Under the pieces are notes generated by a model, which did not search any database, was not told where the DNA came from, and saw only the letters and a program-made list of their open reading frames with translations. The position numbers were made by a program, and so were the translations under genes. 64,000 nucleotides of DNA from an uncultured Methanosarcinaceae archaeon (GTDB lineage Archaea; Halobacteriota; Methanosarcinia; Methanosarcinales; Methanosarcinaceae): positions 45,300 to 109,299 of the forward strand of contig CAVRJG010000003.1 in assembly GCA_963721455.1 (NCBI GenBank). The letters are read 5' to 3'. Shown here in pieces: positions 60,976 through 64,000 of the stretch (position 1 is its first letter; every line of letters starts with the position of its first letter).

Positions 60976-61066
60976 AGTGATTCCTATAGGATTCGATATA
61001 AGATAAATATTATGGTTACTGTTGATTGATTCACTTTTTGATAGTCCAGAAAGGTTTAATTCGGTT

Positions 61067-61215
61067 GGTTCCGTTGCAAAAAATCTGGCTGTTTTACCAA
61101 ACCAATGAAAAACATCACAATTGGGATATTAAGATGTCATAAACAGGTCAATAATGATACAAAAAGCAATCTTTATAGCCTAAAAAGGCAGTAAAATTAT
61201 TTTTGCAACGGAACC
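61067..61215. mobile_element. 149-bp MITE
   Basis: Perfect 16-bp TIR GGTTCCGTTGCAAAAA (resembles IS6-family ends); GTT on both flanks may be a 3-bp TSD. Confidence 0.85.
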
Positions 61216-61216
61216 G

Positions 61217-61676
61217 TTAAAGGTACTCAGTTTACCAGAGATTCCACTACATAACAACCCTAATTTGACAGATTCTACTAATTAGTATAGTATTTTCACC
61301 CAAAAAACACATTGCATCGGCACAGTACCTTTAGGAAAAATGAAAAACGTCAAAAATCAAAAAACATATGAAATATCTTTGAATTGTATGAAGAAAACAG
61401 AAGCATGAAGCCCATTTATACATTATAAAATATATGCTTCTGTCAAATTAGAGTAACAATGCAGCAGAGTTGGCGGCGAGAGCAAAGGTCAGAAAAAGAG
61501 ACGTGAGCCTTCAAACAAGAACAGATGAAGGAACAAGGGCAAACGACACATTTATGACGATTGTTCAAACAGCGACGAAACTGAGTGTAAGTGCATATGA
61601 TTACATATTTGATAGAGTGAGCAACACATTTAACATGCCATCTCTGGCTCAACTAATCAGGGAAAAAGCGAATTGA
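61217..61676 (+). pseudogene. IS66-like transposase 3' remnant interrupted by a MITE
   Basis: Excising the MITE gives LKVLSLPEIPLHNNAAELAARAKVRKRDVSLQTRT... Confidence 0.8.
61258..61453. mobile_element. 196-bp MITE with IS1634-type ends
   Basis: TIR CCCTAATTTGACAGA / TCTGTCAAATTAGAG; 6-bp TSD TAACAA. Confidence 0.9.
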
Positions 61677-61837
61677 GTTGAAAGTCAGAGCTTTCCACTC
61701 AATTTGAAGAGGATACCCTTGATCCAGTCCACAATATGTTAAAATTTATAACAACTGTTGTGGAAATGGAGGCAATTTGTCACGATTCCTCACTTAACCG
61801 AAGACGCATGAATAAAAGCCAAAAATCGGAGAAGAAA

Positions 61838-63290
61838 TCAGAGAATGGTCATTTTGCTCCGGTTTCCCACACTAAGCTCTATTTTTTCATACAGGCCCTT
61901 CTTGGCATAAGCGTTAATGATCTGGATTTCAGAGTCGATATCAAGACTCTCGATTACATAAGCCTGATCTCCCCAGAGAGTCAGTTTGATGCTGCCTGTT
62001 TCGTCTTTGAGTTCGAGGTTTGCAACCGAACTTTCGGTTCCATCTTCCCGTTCAAACTCCCGGAGATCCCCTATTTCGGAGACTTTCCCCTGGACTGAAT
62101 AACTTTTCCCGGGGATGATGTCGGCAATATCCGTGAACTTTTCCCTGTATTCCACCGTCTTTCCGCTCTTCCTTATAACTCCTCTGGCTCCCAAGTTCAG
62201 TTCCACCTGCTGGCTGAAAACATTTTCTCGAGAATCGGCATGGAGTACTTCTACAGTCTCGTCAAAATTGACTTCTTCTAAAAAATCGGTTTTTTCATCC
62301 CAGAGGCTCACACTTATCTTGCCCGTGGCATCGCCCAGCAGGAGATTTCGGACCCGTCCAGGTGACCCGTCCTTTTTCTCGAAAGTTCTCATCACCGAGA
62401 TGTCGAGCACTTTTCCGAAAATATTTATATCGGTCATGTCAGCCGTTATATCTGCAATCGGGATGGCCTTCTCTTCGTATTCGATCTGTTTTTCGCTTTT
62501 CCGGATCATACCCTGGTTTCCGATCTGCAGTTCCACTTTATGGCTGAAGGCATTTTCCTGGGTGTAGCCGTTGATGACCTCCACAGTGTCTCCATACTCG
62601 ATGTCGGTTAAAATATCTGTTTTTTCGTCCCACAGAGTAACCCGGATTGTACCTGTGGCATCTCCAAGCAGCAGGTTTCCCACCTTTCCGGCATTCCCGT
62701 CTTTGCGCTGAAAGGTCCGGACGTCTGAAATTTCTAAGACTTTTCCAGTGAGATTAAGATCTCCCATGCCATCCTTGATGTCTTTTATCTGCTGAACCAT
62801 TTTGGTCACTTTAATCTGTTCCTCACTTTTGGTCAGGATGTCGTTGTTTCCGACATTGACTTCGATCCCGGAATAGCCCCGTTTAACATATCCGCTGATC
62901 TGGAAAGTCTGTCCGACCTTGATTTTCTCCGTTTTTATAAGATCTGCAATGTTGTCCCAGAGGGTTACCCGGATTTTTCCGGTTTCATCCCCCACTATCA
63001 GGTTTCCGACTCTTCCGATGGTCCCGTCGTCTCGAGTAAATTCCTTGATTTCGAAGGCAGAAACGATCCTAGCAATGAAATTAACAGTCTTATTCTCAGC
63101 CGTAATGTCTGCAATTTTCACACTGTCACCACTTACATCCGAGAAGCCCAATTATTTGGCAACCAGCATAGGAGCCTTTGCTTCGGGCAAATCTCGCCAA
63201 TATTCTCCACTTATTCTTGAAAGCGTCGCAGGAAATACTTTTTTGCTGATGAGTAGCTGAACTTTTACAGATCGCGTTAATATCAGTCAT
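61838..63290 (-). CDS. Replication protein A (multi-OB-fold ssDNA-binding); 5' ~45 codons degraded, 437-aa body open
   Basis: Four repeats of F.R.DG..G.V.NL.lGD.TG.I.vTLWD; ancestral start MTDINAI at 63290 followed by frameshifts and stops before TTG 63151. Confidence 0.8.
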
Positions 63291-64000
63291 TATGTTCCCT
63301 TGAGTATTACTGCTAAAATCCTGTTATTCCATGATAAAGTATGCTATTAAAGGTTCTGTAGTTGATGTTCTTGATATGAAAAAGTTGGAAGATAAAATTG
63401 ATGAAAATGAGCGAATGAAGAAGTTGATGAAGTATCTTTACTTGTGAAGCTGCAAAAGAGGGTTCTAGTGCAAAAAATCTGGCTTTGTTGAAAAATAAAT
63501 GTAAACATTCATAATTAGGAAAATTAATCATTTTCATTAGGGAAAAAATAATACACAAAGGTAAGAATTATAGTCTCAAATTGCAGAAATTTTATTTTTG
63601 TACCAGAACCGATTTTGTAACAACGGCAAATTTTTTACACCAGAACCATAAAACCTTGGTTATTGATTTGTCTATTGATTAACTGATTTCCCGCTAAACA
63701 AGAGACTTATTTTGGAATCGATGCACTAGAATTTAAGTGCTACATTTATTTATATCTTAGTTTTTGTAGGAATCGTGGGCATGTAAGAAATGCACTTTCT
63801 CCTTCGACATAACAGTACTTTGATATTTCTTCAACAGTTGGTACGTAATGATCATGCACGATCATGCATTTGTATTTAGCTTCACTTTTTGGCTTGTGTG
63901 TGTATATTAAATAAATACATTTCGTAGATAGTCACCGTTTACTTTCGTGAACCTAGTTAGACTTTTTATATTATATAGGTGTTGTGCGAGCTTGCAATAT

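Overview
AT-rich archaeal DNA with the gene content and style of Methanosarcina (PKD/YVTN surface proteins, an MtrA homologue, aIF-1A paralogues, CxxC-x17-CxxC proteins, DUF1724 regulator, OB-fold RPA); the genus call is inferred. From left to right the window holds: (i) a beta-helix/PKD surface protein and three paralogous lipoprotein genes; (ii) a five-gene operon SSADH - ThDP enzyme - SdhA - SdhB - fumarase/aspartase that looks like a 2-oxoglutarate decarboxylase bypass of the TCA cycle; (iii) an interleaved cluster of two aIF-1A genes (both apparently CTG-initiated) and four RGG/zinc-ribbon genes with a conserved leader; (iv) SMR transporter, methyltransferase, soluble MtrA-like protein, IS1634, hsdS debris, a RelE TA pair, CsbD and repeat proteins; (v) an ORF-free region with two homologous, promoter-bearing, end-paired candidate ncRNA genes; (vi) an ABC exporter operon, Na+/alanine symporter and two surface proteins sharing a near-identical C-terminus; (vii) a decaying island with several MITEs, a Gly/Asn-repeat secreted protein between 680-bp direct repeats, a pseudogenised type I R-M system, IS66, a MITE-in-ISAzo13-in-relE nest, and an RPA gene with a degraded 5' end. 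No rRNA, tRNA or CRISPR array was seen. All family calls come from motif recognition by eye; no database searches were run.
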